A stretch of 64,000 nucleotides of DNA from the human T2T-CHM13v2.0 reference genome, Homo sapiens. This document shows, piece by piece, positions 29,947-48,419 of the stretch. How positions within the stretch are numbered: the stretch's first letter is position 1; every line of letters starts with the position of its first letter. Under the pieces are notes generated by a model. The model saw only the letters and a list, made by a program, of their open reading frames with translations, had not been told where the DNA came from and ran no database searches. A program made the translations under genes and the position numbers. Location: NCBI RefSeq assembly GCF_009914755.1, contig NC_060931.1; one strand, 5' to 3'.

Positions 29947-30531
29947 TGTGGTAACTGAATAGTACCTCCCACAAAGATGTCATCACCCTAATCCCTGGAA
30001 CTTATGAATGTGTAACCTTACATGGAAAAGAAACTTTGCAGATGTGATTAAAATTATGGACCTTAATAGAGGAAACTTTTCCTGGATTGTCTCTACGGGC
30101 CACTGTAATCACATGAGCCCTTGAAAATAAAGAACTTTGCCCAGCTGGAGTCAGACAGATGTAGGATGGGCATGAGAGACTGCAAGCTTGAAGTGGAATC
30201 ACCGCACAATTGCTGCCTCTGAGATGCAGGGACCCATATGTAAGGACTAGAGAGGAGTTCCTAGGAGCTGAGGGTGGCCCTTAGCTGGTGTCCAGTAAGG
30301 AAATGGGGACCTCAGTCCTACAACCACAAGAAGTTGAATTCAACCAATAACCCGAGTGAGCTTGGAAATGAGTTCTTCCCCAGAGCCTCCAGAAAGAAAT
30401 GCAGCCTGCAGACACCTTGATTTCAACCTGGTGAGACTCGTGTTGAACTTCTGACCCACAGAAACGGCAAGATAATAAATTTGTGTCGTCCTGTAGTAAT
30501 TAGTTACAGCAGCAATAGATCATGAATCACA
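29947..30531 (+). mobile_element. MLT1D/E MaLR solo LTR
   Basis: tgtggt...ctaatccctggaac...gcagatgtgattaa...gttacagcagcaatag. Confidence 0.88.
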
Positions 30532-32429
30532 GTCCCCATGGCCTGCAGGACAGCTCAGAACCAACACATGCCAGTAGCAGGTCAAAGGCTCGGCATCACT
30601 GTCCAGTTTCCAGCTGGTCTTTCTTCTCTGTCCTTCTCGTAGTTCTATTAATATTACGGGGTTCCTGTCTGGTCCCAAGCTCTAGTTCCCTGCCCAGTAG
30701 CTCTATCCTTTAAGAGCCAGGATCCTGCTCTGCTGTGTTCCCAACTTCAAAGACAGATGTCCAGTCTTTTAGCTCAGTTGCTCCAAGCAAACCCCCTCCT
30801 GATTTGCCAACTGCTGGGCCTGCAACCCACCCCATCGTCCTTAACTATCTCCTATCCAAGGTCTGCCACCTTCAGAAAGACATGTCCCTGATAATTCAGC
30901 TAATGATGCTTTGTCATAGAAAGCTCCTGGGAGGAAGGTGAGAAACCAAGCTTAGAAGTCTGAGAAGTCTGCATGGGAAATGGCATGAGCTAATGCACTG
31001 AAGCAAGATTGAGTGATGAAGTGATGTTGGCAACTCTGCAGGAAGAAGAGAGACGGGCTTGTGAAGCCGCAGAGGTTCAGTGGTCAAGTAAGTGTGGGGA
31101 TGCCCTATTAAGTGTATGCAGAGCAGAGTAAGAAGGTTACCTGGCTGGATGAAGGACTGTCATCAGGAGACCTGAATACAAGGAGCAGGAAGGAAGAACA
31201 TTTGATGCATGAAGGATCTGAGAGGCAAGGCTGAACAAAGGTGAAAGAGAGAGCAGAAGTGTATGGAAGAAAGGCAGACAAGAAGAAGGAAAACATGACA
31301 AAATGGAAAGGGAAAATCGTATTACCTGAATGCCCACCATTTGCTAGGCATTGTGCTTTGCATACGTTTTCTCATTTGATTCTCACGATAACACTGCAAG
31401 GTGGATAGAATTTGCCTTCCTTTACAAGCAAAGAAAAGGAGGCTCAAGGTCAAATAACTCAGAAAGGAAGAGCCGTGATGCTATGCTAGATCTGTCTACA
31501 CAAAGCCCCTGCTTTCCCCGCCTTCTCCTTTTCATCTACCGCCTCTCGTAAAAGGATAGAGTCTTAGTATGTGTGGAAACTCTGGGTGACTCTGACTGCA
31601 GAGAAAAGCCATTGTCTTCATCTGATGTCTTTATAGTGACTTTCCTCAAAAGGAAAAAATTTCCCCCAAGAAGAGGAGTAACAAAAGCAGACAAGGGCTC
31701 AGCTTTCCTGGTAGTTTCATTCTATCTTCAAAGATACAACAAAATGAAACAGACATTTTCATCCCTGAAAATATCCAGGGCCATTTCCCAGCCAAGTGTC
31801 ATGGATGGTGAGGTGTTCTCTCCACTTTCTTACCTCTGTCATGCTTTGTGAAAAATCTTCTCTTCCCTTCCACCAGGAACTGTATTGCTCCTCTGGTTAT
31901 AGTGTTGAAGTTAATAGGATAGAATCTTTTTTGCGGGGGGACTGAGAGGAGAGGGATGACTGATGAAAAGAATTTTATTTTCAAGTTACAATTACATTAT
32001 GAATTAACAGTTTTATCCTTAGAAATACTTTTGTCCTGTATCTAATTTGTCTAATAAGTTTAAGTCCCCAAAAGATTTATTTGTTTGTTTCTTATGTTGT
32101 TACTTTAAACTAGCATAATATTGACAAACAATCGTAGTACAGGGCATTTCTTGACTAATGACAAGTTAGAAGAAATGGCTGGTTTGGAAAGTCTGACAGC
32201 AATTCATCCAAGGCGTTATTACATCTTCTTTTTATTTTGTTTTATATTTCTCCTCCCCCTTTCAGCTTTATTAAGGTGTAATGAATACATTAAAATTGTA
32301 TATATTTACAGTATACAATATGATGTTTTGATATATATAATGAAATGATTAAACCAAGCTAATTAACATATTGATCACTTTACATGCTAATTGTGTGTGT
32401 GGTCAGGAGATTTAAGAAGCACTCTCTCT

Positions 32430-33005
<576 letters not shown>

Positions 33006-34508
33006 TGTATGCAATATAATATTATTAACTATGGTCATGAGCTGTACAATAGATCTCCAGAACTTACCTATCCTAACTGAAACTTTGTGCCTTTTGACCA
33101 GCTCCCCATTCCTCACCCTCCTCACCCAAGAAAGGATTCTGAGGCCATATTTCCTTGGCTCAAGTCCCTGCTCTGCTACTTCTTTCTAAGAATGTGACCA
33201 TGTGGAGCCGAATCTCCATTTGTAACTCAACTGAGCAGGCCTTCACCTGGCAACTCCAGTCATCGGGCATCCTCCACAAATTAATTTATGATGAGCAACA
33301 GAGAGTGAGACCCTCCTAAAGCTCATTGAAGGGGTTAATGCCCATCTCATGGGTCCTATGTGGACATTTAGGAGAAATATCAAGGAAGGAATAAACCTCT
33401 CCTTGTTTCTTTTTGGAGGAAAGTCAGAGTGGAGTTGGGAGAGGTATGCACACTGGAAAATGAATAACACAGCTCAAGTAGAGTCTTGTGTTGCAAACAA
33501 AAATGATTATGCAACTGCTGCAATTTTGGAGCTTCTTGGGGGCATGCAGATCCTATTTTTCTGCTATTATTATAGTCAGTGTAAGTAATTTAAATGTTTG
33601 TAAGTCAACATCGTGTCACCAGTTCTACATGGTGGCCATTCCTGCATAGAAGGATTCCAAGGACTCAAGGATGGTAGAACTCATCCTCCTGGTATGTTGG
33701 CCTTTATAAATTGACAAGTTATCGGAAACGGTGGCAGTTCATTACTTTGAGTGCTTTCCCTTTCTCTTGTTACCACCAAGGAAGGCTGAGCTCACCCAAA
33801 GGGCTCATTTCTCCCATCTAATTGTTACTAAGGGAAGGAAATGCCTAAAGTCATACAACTCTAGTGTTTGAGAGACATAAAAGAACTTAAGGCCCACTTG
33901 ATTAAAGCATTGTATCACGTATGACATGTCTACTGTGTGCCAGATACTGTTACAAATATTTGCATGGAAGCTATCTCAGCACTTTATGAATGTACTTTTG
34001 AAAAAATTCATGTTTGATTCTCACTATAAACTGTGAAGAAGATATGGAAAGTATTAGTACATTAAAATGACCACAACCACTAAGGATCTGAGAGGTTGAA
34101 TGACTGAACCCAACTGGTAATTGGAAGAGCTGGGAGCGACATCAAGAGTTTTGGCTCTTGTCCTGTGATCTTCTCATTGTGTGGTCATGTTTTTCTGAGG
34201 ACAAGTTTGGATATGGTGAAGGAGGAGGGGAGTGAGAGAGCACAGGGCTCCACTGCAGGCATGGGGAGGAGGAGCTGGCAAAGGGAGTGATGGCTGAAGA
34301 TGCATCTGCTTCTTCCCAGGGTTTCTAGGGCCAGCTGTAGCTCATTTGGCTGTTGTTGATTTACTCCCCTAGCTTTCTTCTGGAGGACAAATAGCAATCA
34401 GTGGATATTGACTAGTATTGGGTTAGACTGTGAGATGTGTCTGCTGATCTGTTCCACCTACTCCACTTGTACCTGCTTATCTCTTAAGTGATGTAACCAT
34501 GAAGCACT

Positions 34509-34605
34509 CTTTGCACACATTTCACTTTGCAAATCTCCTCCTCTTTGTGCAAATTTCACTTCGCATCTCCTACACTTTGCACAAATTTCACTTTGCAAAT
34601 ATCTC
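34509..34605. repeat. Three-copy tandem repeat of about 32 bp
   Basis: Unit ctttg(ca/tg)ca(a/c)atttcactt(t/c)gca...ctc, three copies. Confidence 0.85.
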
Positions 34606-35191
34606 ATTAATGGCCTCTGAAGTTAATTTTGGATTCTCTTAATTTAATAATTGTTTAGAAGTACTTTTTATGATTCGCTGTCCCTTTCACTGAACCCGTT
34701 TGTCCCCAAGAGCAGGGACCACATCTGTTTTGTTTCTTGTTGTATCTCCAACAGTATATCTCCCAGCTCCTGCTTCTGCTTCCCCTTCTCCATTTATCTG
34801 CACTTTGAGAAAAGGCAGTAGAGTTGAGATAGGAGCTGGTGAGGCCAGCACTGGGCTTTCCATGGGAACACACCAAGATCCACTCCTGACTCCCACGTGG
34901 CTGCTGCTGGTCAAACCTGTGCCTGGTCTCCCCAGCCCTCACGAGGAGAAAAAAACAGCTCCTCAATCCACCTCTGTAGGGAGAGATCAATGATGATAAT
35001 GACTATAAAAATAAGAGTGTATGAGGGAAAAGATGGTGCATTTAGATAAACTTTTTTTTTAAAAAAAACAAACGACAGTTTTTAGTCTTGTGAGGGAAAC
35101 TATTAGCTTGGTCTTTGGTATCAGCAAAAGCTAGATTCTAACCATGATTCTTCCTTTTCCTAGATATGTGTGTGACTAGCTAGGTCCACCA

Positions 35192-35724
35192 TGGCATTAG
35201 TTAAGGTTCTCTGGAGAAACAGAGTTAACAGGATATATACAGATGTGTAAGAGGAGGTTTATTATGAGAAGCAGCACACGTGATTACACAGGCCGAGAAG
35301 CCGCACAACCTGCTGATCTGACATCTGTGAGCTGCAGAACCAGGAGAACTGACGATGTAATTCAGTTTGAGTCTGAAGTTCTGAGAGACAGGGGTTAGGG
35401 GTGAGGAGGGGACTGCTGATCCAGGGTCCAAGGCTCCAGAACCAGGAGTACCAAGGTCTGAGGCAGGAGAAGGAGGATGTGCCAGCTCAAGAAGAGAGGG
35501 AGAGAGAATTCACCCTTCCTTGTCTTTTTGTCCTATTCAGGGCCTGAAAGGATTGGATGATCCCCAGCTGTACTAGGGAGGGCAGATATTCTTTACTCAG
35601 TTTATCAATTCAAATGCTAATTTCTTCCCCAAACACCCTCACAGATGCTCCAGAAATCATGTTTCACCAGCTATCTGAACATCCCTTAGCCCAGTCAAGT
35701 TGACACAGAAAATTAACCATCACA
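35192..35724 (-). mobile_element. MLT2 (B/C/D) solo LTR
   Basis: attagttaaggttctctggagaaacaga ... agtcaagttgacacagaaaattaaccatcaca. Confidence 0.9.
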
Positions 35725-35846
35725 GGCATTTAATTTTTTATGGCCTCTTCCATCATTTATATGAAAAGAGATAAAAATATGCACCCCTGAGTACGTTGAA
35801 AAAAGGAATAGCCATGTCCATAATGTGTCCAATACAACACATTGTA

Positions 35847-36360
35847 CAGGTTGAGTATCCCTTATTTGAAATGCATGGGATTGGAAGTGTTTTGGACTTT
35901 TTCAGATTTTGGAATATTTGCATTATGCTGACTTTCGATCTGAAAGTCCAAAATCTGAGATGCTTCAATGAGCGTTTCTTTTGAGCATCATGTCAGCACT
36001 CAAAAAGTTTCAGATTTTGGGCTGGCCATGGTGGCTCATGCCTGTAATCCCAGCACTTTGGGAGGCCAAGGCGGGCAGATCGCCTGAGGTTGGGAGTTTG
36101 AGACCAGCCTGGTCAATATGGTGAAACCCAGTCTCTACTAAAAATACAAAAATTAGCCAGGCATGGTGGCAGGTGCCTGTAATCGCAGCTACTGGGGAGG
36201 CTGAGGCAGGAGAATCACTTGAACCCAGGAGGCGGAGGTCGCTGTGAGCCAAGATTGCACCTGGGTGACAGAGTGAGACTCCATCTCAAAAAAAAAAAAA
36301 AAAATTCAGATTTTGGAGCACTGCAGATTTTGGATTTTCAGATTTGGAGTGCTCAATCTG
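35847..36360. mobile_element. MER46A/Tigger4a MITE split by an Alu
   Basis: TA-caggttgagtatccc ... gtgctcaatctg-TA: TIRs with a TA target duplication. Confidence 0.88.
36020..36304 (+). mobile_element. AluS
   Basis: TSD ttcagattttg; short 3'-arm deletion. Confidence 0.95.
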
Positions 36361-38114
36361 TATGTGGTAGCCATTTAATTAAAGAGAGAAGGAAATAATA
36401 GTGAAGATAGTGATCATAAAAAAGATGAAGGAGGAAGAGAATGAGGAGGAGGAGGAATGGGAAAGGAAGGTGATATCTGAACTCATAAAAGTCACTACTT
36501 TTTTAAGCCTCTGTTCCCTGATTAGTCAAATGTGTCTACTGCAATTGCCTCTCTTTTTTGTGAAGATAGAGTGAAACAATGTATGATGAAGGATCTCAGA
36601 AACCATGAGGTGCTCTACACCCAGAGACATGATTACTAAGTAAAAATGTTATAGATCTATAAATCATGTAGCATTTTCAAAGAGGGGCATGTGCAACACA
36701 GGAGTGGTGCACATCGAGGTGCTTAGGAGGCATTGACTCTCAATGTGACATGGATCTGGCATTGACTCTCCATGGTGCACGTAGAAGTGCTTGACTCTCA
36801 ATGTGACACAGACCTGGCCCTGTGAGTCCTCACCTGGAGAGGAAATGTGGTTTGTCTCTCTGATTCTGGACACTCCCATCTGCCCTACAATAAACCAATT
36901 GATACACACACTATTTGCCGTGCTTGATCTTGTAAAGCAATACTTTCTTTGTCAACAGTTTTAATCAGAGTGGTGAAGCCAGATTGAAACTGTTTAGCTA
37001 GGATAATGGGCTGACAGGAGATTAAACAGGTCCCTTGACAAGTGACTGTCCCTCAAATGCCAGCACTCTCGCCTGGCACAGCTGCACGTAATCAGCACCC
37101 AAATTCCCACCTGCCGGGAATACATCACCCGATCTTTGCTCCTGAGCCTGTGACACCTGGAGAATGATCACACATTCCTTGCATGTTATCTCTCCTTGGC
37201 CACTGAGGTGGTTTTGGGGGCTGCACTGAGAATTATTACCTTGTTGATCTATCTGTTCCCAGCCCATTTTCCCAGCCTAGCAACAGATTACACTCCACAG
37301 GGAAAAGCCATGTAATACTCTTAAGACAATTCCTTACCACGTAAGAGCAGCCATGTAATTGCTCTTAGTGACCAATTTCTCATATTCCAGGTTCATTTGA
37401 AACGCACAAGAATTAAAGTTTCCAGCAAGGCTTGAAAGACACAAGAAGTTGAGTATTAATTTAAGAGGTACATTTGGGGATATTCCCTACTCATGCTTGA
37501 TGTTTGATGAAAGACTTATGGTGGGTGACTTAGCTAATGCATCTACCCTTTAGTTATTTCACTTAGCAGAGAAGCTGGATGGATTTTGTGCTCCAAAACC
37601 GTGTCCATCCAGCTCTGGATCATGTGGGTGTTTTGTGAAGGACACGCTGCTCTCATGTCACCCCCACTTCCTCTTCCGCCTTCCTTTGGCCTTTCAGTGA
37701 TCTACCATTCTCCGCTTTCTTGCTCCTGCTCTGTGACCCTCATTTTCTAAAGCTATTCAGTTTTTACCTGCTCTCCACAACCCTCCCATGTTCCTCTGGG
37801 TAGATGCCCCTTTCACTCTGCTGCCAGGGACAACTGGGCCATTTCTACCATAACACATCCTATGCACTGCTGCAACTGACTGGTGTGACTCTCTGCCACC
37901 AGACTGTGGGCTCCTCTTGAGAAGTGATTTCTCCATGCATTTTTATGTCCCTAGGGGCTGGTCCAGTGCCTGGCACAGTGGCCAACTTTATTAGACATGA
38001 AGATGGTTTTCAACCACTAAGTGAGTCTCTCAATTGTAAGATATAGAACAAATATTTTGTTATGAGATTGTGAAGTTTGCAAATGAATTACATAAAAACG
38101 TAAATTACAGAGGC

Positions 38115-38597
38115 ATATTGGTCAGATCCTGGCAGGAAACAGAGGGCAAATTCATACTGGGAAAGGGAGGGGAATTCAGCGAGAGACTATATGTAGGAGG
38201 CCCAGGCAGGTTTTAGGAAGCCTAGAAGGGGTAGTGGGACCCTGGGATTAGCAGCTATGGGCCCATTACTACTCCTGGACCTTCAAGGAGATTGGGCAGC
38301 TGAATCCAGAGAACATAGCTGTGTGTAGAGGGACACTGACAAAGGCTGTGGTCTTTGATAGAGAGATATGGCAAGTCCATGGTGACCCAGGAGAGGGGAA
38401 GCTGAGGCAAGAAGTACCCCCATCACTCTCTCTGTTCTCTCCAATCCGACAGTGATACCCACTGGCCACATCAAAACTGCAATCAGGGGACTTTCTACAA
38501 AGGTCAGCATCCTGGGGCATAGGCATATGGAGGTCAGTGGGGAGTGGATGTGGAGGGGCAAAGAGAAGCTCTTCACCCATTTTGCCGTATAGCATCT
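38115..38597 (-). mobile_element. LTR41-like ERVL LTR (probable 3' LTR)
   Basis: attggtcagatcctggcaggaaacagagggca...ctgggattagcagc...ttactactcctggacct resembles LTR41. Confidence 0.6.
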
Positions 38598-38604
38598 ACT
38601 CTGA

Positions 38605-40930
<2,326 letters not shown>

Positions 40931-40944
40931 TCACCAAATAGGAT

Positions 40945-41103
40945 TATTAAAATATAAATAAAATAAAAATTTAGTTCCCTCATCACACTAGCCACATGTT
41001 AGAGACCCTCAAGGGTCATGTGTGGCCAGAGGCTACTGTGTGGGATAGCCTATCCACAGGACATTTCTATCAGTGCAGAAAGTTCTATTGGACAGTGCTG
41101 CTA
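40945..41103. mobile_element. MER3 (hAT-Charlie)
   Basis: cacactagccacat...tgcagaaagttctattggacagtgctg. Confidence 0.85.
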
Positions 41104-41185
41104 GAAAGTGCAACCACATAGCAGGCCTCTGAACTTTCTGGGGTTTATCTCGCACTCTCTGGCACTCACATGTCTTCCTAGGTGT

Positions 41186-42650
<1,465 letters not shown>

Positions 42651-43615
42651 TGTGAGGGCGGTCAGTGATCTCTCAGGTCTTTTTTGGCTCTTAAAATCCC
42701 ATGATTCCTTTGCAGCCCACACCTCGTTCTCTGATTTCCCCCACAGGATTGCAGGGACTCTCACCTTATGGAGAAGACAGGTGTTTGTAGGAGGTATGCT
42801 GGGAAGAGCTTTGCTATATCTCCGGAAGGAAGAAGATTGTTTCCCCTTGGGGGATGGCACTTTCAACATGTGGGAGCTTGTCGGGTCACAGAAGAATGAC
42901 AGGTGAGCTTCAGTGATGCTCCTGGTGACTAATGCTGTGGTTAAGAATGCAGCTGTAGAAAGCTGTCTAAAAAGCATGGATCAGACAATTGTATCTTATT
43001 AATTCAAAACCTCCAACAATGAAAGCTTACGATTGCAAGAATAATCTTTGTTTCTGCAATGATTTGATGGGGCAAAAGGGAAATAATCCTTAAATGGATG
43101 ATTTTTTTAACCATAAGGCAAGTGAAATCTCAGTAAAAGACAAACTCTCTCCCCACCTTGCCCACATTGCCTCCACTCTCACACTTATACACATGGAATG
43201 CTATTGAGAGGCTGGTGTATAATGAGCCCATCAGAGAGCCGAGGCAGCTTCAGTGTTGTCATCTGATGTTGTCTACCTGTGGGAGATAGCACAGCATGGG
43301 GTTTTGCTGTCAGATTCATATCTGAACCCAGACTCTAATAACTTATTAGCTGTGTGATTTTGAGCATGTTATTTAGCTTGAATGAGCCTCAGTTTCTGCA
43401 CCTTAGAAAGTGGGCTTATTCATACTTATTTTATAGGATTATTGTTGTGTTGGTTTATATATTTAGCCAGTATTTATTTACGGACTATGTGTGTATTATA
43501 TACCAGATACAAGTCCCAGGTGATTCTGTATATGATATTCCACTTAAAACACCAAGGCTCTATGCAGCTTGTTCCGTTGTCTCTCTTTCTATGTGCCTTA
43601 TCCATTTTAGCTTTC

Positions 43616-43922
43616 CATTCACTCACCCATCCACTCATTCATCTTCCCATCTATCCACCCATATACCCATCTACCCATCTATCTAGTCATTACCCATCCA
43701 TTCATTTATGTGTCTATCCATCTACAAATCCAACCATCCATTTTCCCATCCATCCATCTACTCACCTATCCACCCATCCACCCTTTCACCTTTCCACCCA
43801 CTCATCCATCCATCCACCCACCTGTCCATCTGCCCATTTACCTATCCACCAATCCTCCCACCCATCTCCACCTCCACCCATCTACCTATTTACCCATCCA
43901 TCTACCCATCCACCCACCCACC
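43616..43922. repeat. Degenerate (CCAT/CCAC)n simple repeat
   Basis: Read directly; it produces the spurious His/Pro/Ser-rich ORFs. Confidence 0.92.
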
Positions 43923-44019
43923 TGTTCTAAGTGCTGGAGAACAGGCATTTTTATGCAATGCCTGCCTTGAGCTGGTTGTCAGGACACACATGTTCTGCCT
44001 TCTCTGCCATAGAGGCAAC

Positions 44020-44650
44020 AAATGTAGTGGCTGAGAACACTGACGTTGGAGCCAGAATGCCTGGGTTTAAATCTTATCACTGCCACTTACTAGTCACATC
44101 ACTTTGGGCACATATTCAGTTGCATTGCATCTCTGTTTCCCTTTTGTAAAATGGGGATGATGATTACAATAATTCACATAGTTAGTGATAAACAAAGAGT
44201 TAAAATGGTGGCTGGCATGCAATACCCACTTGCCTTATTTTGAATAGACTGGGCCCCTAAGTGCAGTGGATTCAGCATAAGGTTTTAAATGAGGTAGACC
44301 TGGGTTTGAAAGTTGAGCTCACTATTTACCAACCTTGAACTCTTGAGCAAATTATGACACATTTCCTGAGTCCCCGTTTCCTCAGTTGGGAATATTGCCA
44401 ACTTACAGCTCAAAAATGTTGACAGGCAGCATCATCTAGTAGAAAAAGCATAGATTCTAAAGTAAGGAATTCCATATTTGAGACTTGGCTCTAAGTCCTG
44501 TGATCTTAAATAAGACAGTTGGACAGGTCTTCAGTTTTTTTTTTCCTGTAAAATGGGAATAATAGTTACATGTATCACAGATTTTATAGTGAAAATAAAG
44601 TAGTATATTTGAAAACACTGTTTTGCAGTATGAAGCACACTATGAATTCT
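44020..44650. mobile_element. Cluster of MIR fragments
   Basis: Repeated cctgggttt...gtaaaatgggg(a)...ataatag MIR cores. Confidence 0.7.
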
Positions 44651-45214
44651 AATGGTTGGAAACATAACGGTTGCACAGCTGTTCATGTGGCTGTGGTGTG
44701 AAGTAAGGATAAAGCCCCAAGAGTTTTGACCCGGTGGGCTCAACCCTGGTCTTGACTTCTGTCTAGTTTGTGATTCTCTAGCTGAGGTGCCAGGACCCCT
44801 GGGTACGTGACAGTATGCTAGAAGGGTTTGCAAAACCGCTTCTTGGAGGACCAAGTTTCCACAAAGGTTTGGAAAAATTCGTCCTTTTCTATTAATGACC
44901 ATGGAGTAGACTATAACTTATTCATGACTTTTTACATTAAAATATGAAGCTTCAAGGAAAATTTGTGATGGTAGTGAGCTGCCTCTGGCTCCAGGACACC
45001 ATCATCTCTAACCACTCTCCTCTGACTGGTGGTATCCTGGTGGAAAAGGTTAAGAAGCACCAGCATTAGTTGTTCGCCACAATTAGCATGTTCTCTCCCT
45101 GAATTGTAGGTTGTACTCTCCAAGAAGAGGTGCAAGTATTTCATCCTAAGAGTAGGGTATGCTTTCCTTGAGGTCTAGGAACTCTGTTGGTGAGAAGACC
45201 GTCAGCCAGAGTAA

Positions 45215-45560
45215 CCTTGACTGTAAGTCACAAAAAAATCTCCAACTCACATTGGCTTGAGCAATAGGGAATTTATTTTCTTAAACACTCGAGGTCAGAG
45301 CAAGAGTAGTCCCCAGGGTTGAAGATGATGCCAAAAAGGCCCAGGCTTCTTTTCAGATGTCCACAGTATAGCCTATGGTCACCAGATAACACGATGGGAG
45401 CTGGCGATATTTGCGGCTACCTGTCTCTGTTTTTCTACACAGCAAGTGGAGGTCGAGGGAGGATATTTAGAGTGTGAGCCTGAGAGACTTCCCACCAATC
45501 ACAGTATAGAAAGACTCCACTTCAGTCTGATCGGGCACCTTGGGTCATGCCTCCACCTGT
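45215..45560. mobile_element. Old MLT1 fragment
   Basis: gactgtaagtcac...ccaactcacattggcttgagcaatagggaatttatt. Confidence 0.5.
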
Positions 45561-46306
45561 AGCCCAGTAGCAGTCACTGAGGACTGGAGTGAGGGCTGCT
45601 GCATGGAGTGTGTGTGAAGGTGGAGAGGTAGGGAAGGAGGGCAGGATGCAGTCGGGTAGACAATCCTCAGCCTCTGCTTCAAGTGCCCTCCAGGGAGAAA
45701 GAGTAAATGACCTCTGAAAGCCTTGCCTAGGGCTGTCAGGACTTTCCTTGCCAGGCAAATTTCGGTCCATGCCCCTAATACAAAATTGCTCACCGTGGTT
45801 GTGATGTGAAATTGCTTGATTCCTGGTTTAGTTTGCTATAATTTCCATTTCCCACGAAGCAGAGAGGACAATGAGAAGAAATGTTATTTTGAGAACAAAT
45901 AATGAGCTCACTGAGAGCAGAGAGAACCTGGGGGAAGGTGCCTGTGTCTTGTGAAATTCATAAAGGCCAAGACAGGGCATTGCCAGACATCCACCTTAGG
46001 AAAAGCTTAGGAAAGCCGACTTCAGGCCTGAGGAAGGGATCCGCGTGAGCTGAGTCAGAGACTGAACAATAATGTGTGTCTCAAGAGGAAGCTTGAAACC
46101 CTGACAGTATAATTATGAGAGGGAACGTGGCATAACACTGAGTATGTGCTTTGGCGTCTCTTTTCATCTTAAACCCAAGCTCTGTGACCTTCCAGCTTTC
46201 TGTTCTGTAGTAGGAATAAAGTGGGAATACCACTTCTTATAAGAATTAGAGAGAGCACATGTAGTGTTCAGATAACATGTTGATGATGAAGAAATGGTAG
46301 TTCTGA

Positions 46307-46352
46307 TTAGGTTGGTACAAAAGTAATTGCAGTTTTTGCCACTGAAAGTAAT
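46307..46352. mobile_element. MADE1 (Hsmar1-derived MITE), half element
   Basis: ttaggttggtacaaaagtaattgcagtttttgccactgaaagtaat matches the MADE1 TIR. Confidence 0.88.
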
Positions 46353-46365
46353 ATCATTGATCTTA

Positions 46366-46713
<348 letters not shown>

Positions 46714-46859
46714 TTAATGAAATTACATGGGTCCTTTTTGATGCAATAAGAATTGAATTTTAATTTTAATAACACATGTTCAAGAGTCAGGGAAGGGCCA
46801 CAAATGCAGAATGAGTCTGAAAGCGTGCCTTGAATTTTTTTTTTAAAATGTGTCAGTAA

Positions 46860-47180
46860 GGGCAAAAGTGACTATGAAAAATGCTTAAGATATCAAAAAG
46901 GCTTTTAAAGAAAATCTGTGTTTGGAGCAAGATGAGGAACAAGAAAGGGGCAGATGGTGACAGATGGCACAGGACAAAATGGACTTTGAGGTCTTTGCTG
47001 CTGTCTCCTTCAAGCTGGGAAGAGTAAAGCAAACACTGGAGAGAAGCAACTGAAGAATGAGATGGGTGAGAGTCAGTAAGAAATGTCCAACCTGATTTAG
47101 GTGAGGGTATCTGCTGACCCAGGAAAATTGTATCCAGGGAACTGAGAAAATTTGCAGGGTGCTTAATTGGTGAGTTCTCT
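46860..47180 (+). mobile_element. L3/CR1 fragment
   Basis: gacccaggaaaattgtatccagggaactgagaaaatttgcag resembles the CR1 'GPDxxHPRVLKELA' region. Confidence 0.55.
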
Positions 47181-48235
47181 AGATGCCTCTAGTTAGGCAT
47201 TCATCTTTATTTATTGGCTTAAAGATGGGTAACAGAAGACTGTTAACCCTGGCTGGCAGTCTTCTCTCTAAGACAGTTCCTAGACCTCAAAGAAAGCATA
47301 CCCTACTGCAGAAGAGGAAGCTGGAAGGTCACAAGTCTGATGACATTAACGTGCAGATGTGCTTGCCTAAATACATTCATACACCTTATATATGTAGATG
47401 TATATGCACAGGCATACACACACACACACACACTCTCTCTTTTACACACACACACACATATATGTAGGTAAAAGCCAACAGATATCCTAGCCCAAGTAGG
47501 ATAAACTTGATTTTAATCTCCCCAACTATAGCCTCTCCATTGTCCTTCCCGACCAGTTTCCTGATTGGTTCCCCCACCATGCTCACCTCTATCCAGGAGG
47601 AGCTAAATACCCACCTAGCAGGCACTTCTGGAATCTGGCCAGTGTATACCGTTTTTCTGTCCTTCACTCTCTGTTTTTGGCTGCCTAGAGCTCACTATGC
47701 AGGTTTCTTCTGGCTAGAGAGTGCCTATATTTTGGATCTATGACTATGCCTTATTCTTCCACTACAGATTATGATCCATACATCAATCCTCTAAGCAAAC
47801 AGAAATGCCTTCATGGTAATCCTTCTGAAGTGTTTACCTTTCAGTGGGGCACAATCTGGAAGCAAGGTGCTTATCTCCAAAGGATATAAGAGCAGGCTGA
47901 TAGAGCAAAGCTACACAGTCTCCCTCTCTCTGTCTCAAGAGTGAAGAGAGAGACAGAGATACACACAGATGCGGGCACAGAGAGAGAGACTGAGAGAGAT
48001 ACAGAGTGACCCACATGTATATAGGAGGGGTGAGGGAGAGAGAAATTGTGCAAAGCACGGGGTTTGCCTCCCATGCACAGGGGTATCTCATATATTTTTG
48101 GAAAAAAATGAATACTGTTCAAGATGATCTGTATAATAATTTAAGTGGTGGAATATAAAAGAGCGTTTATTCCTGGATTTAAAAAAATTAACCAAAATTA
48201 GGTTAATACCTTGATGAACTGAAATACTGTTAGGT

Positions 48236-48419
48236 TGGGGGGCAGCTCATGCTGGAAGATGAGAAGAGCAATGGGTGGGGCAGGGCCCATGCGGGGAGAT
48301 GAGAAGAGCAATGGGTGGGGGCCCAAGCTGGGAGATGAGAAGAGAAGTGAGTGGGGCGGGTCCCATGTCAGGAGATGAGAAGAGCAGTGCCCAGGGTAGG
48401 GCCCATGCTGGGAGATGAA
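48236..48419. repeat. Degenerate purine-rich minisatellite, unit about 40 bp, about 4.5 copies
   Basis: Repeated cccatgc(t)gggagatgagaagagcaatgggtgggg. Confidence 0.85.

Noticed and set aside
43382-43930. Longest ORF (182 aa, His/Pro-rich)
   Set aside because: Produced by the (CCAT)n repeat plus MIR sequence.
46307-46352. MADE1 as a miR-548-type source
   Set aside because: Only one TIR is present, so no hairpin can form.
48236-48419. CRISPR-like repeat spacing
   Set aside because: Eukaryotic tandem minisatellite with no unique spacers and no cas genes.
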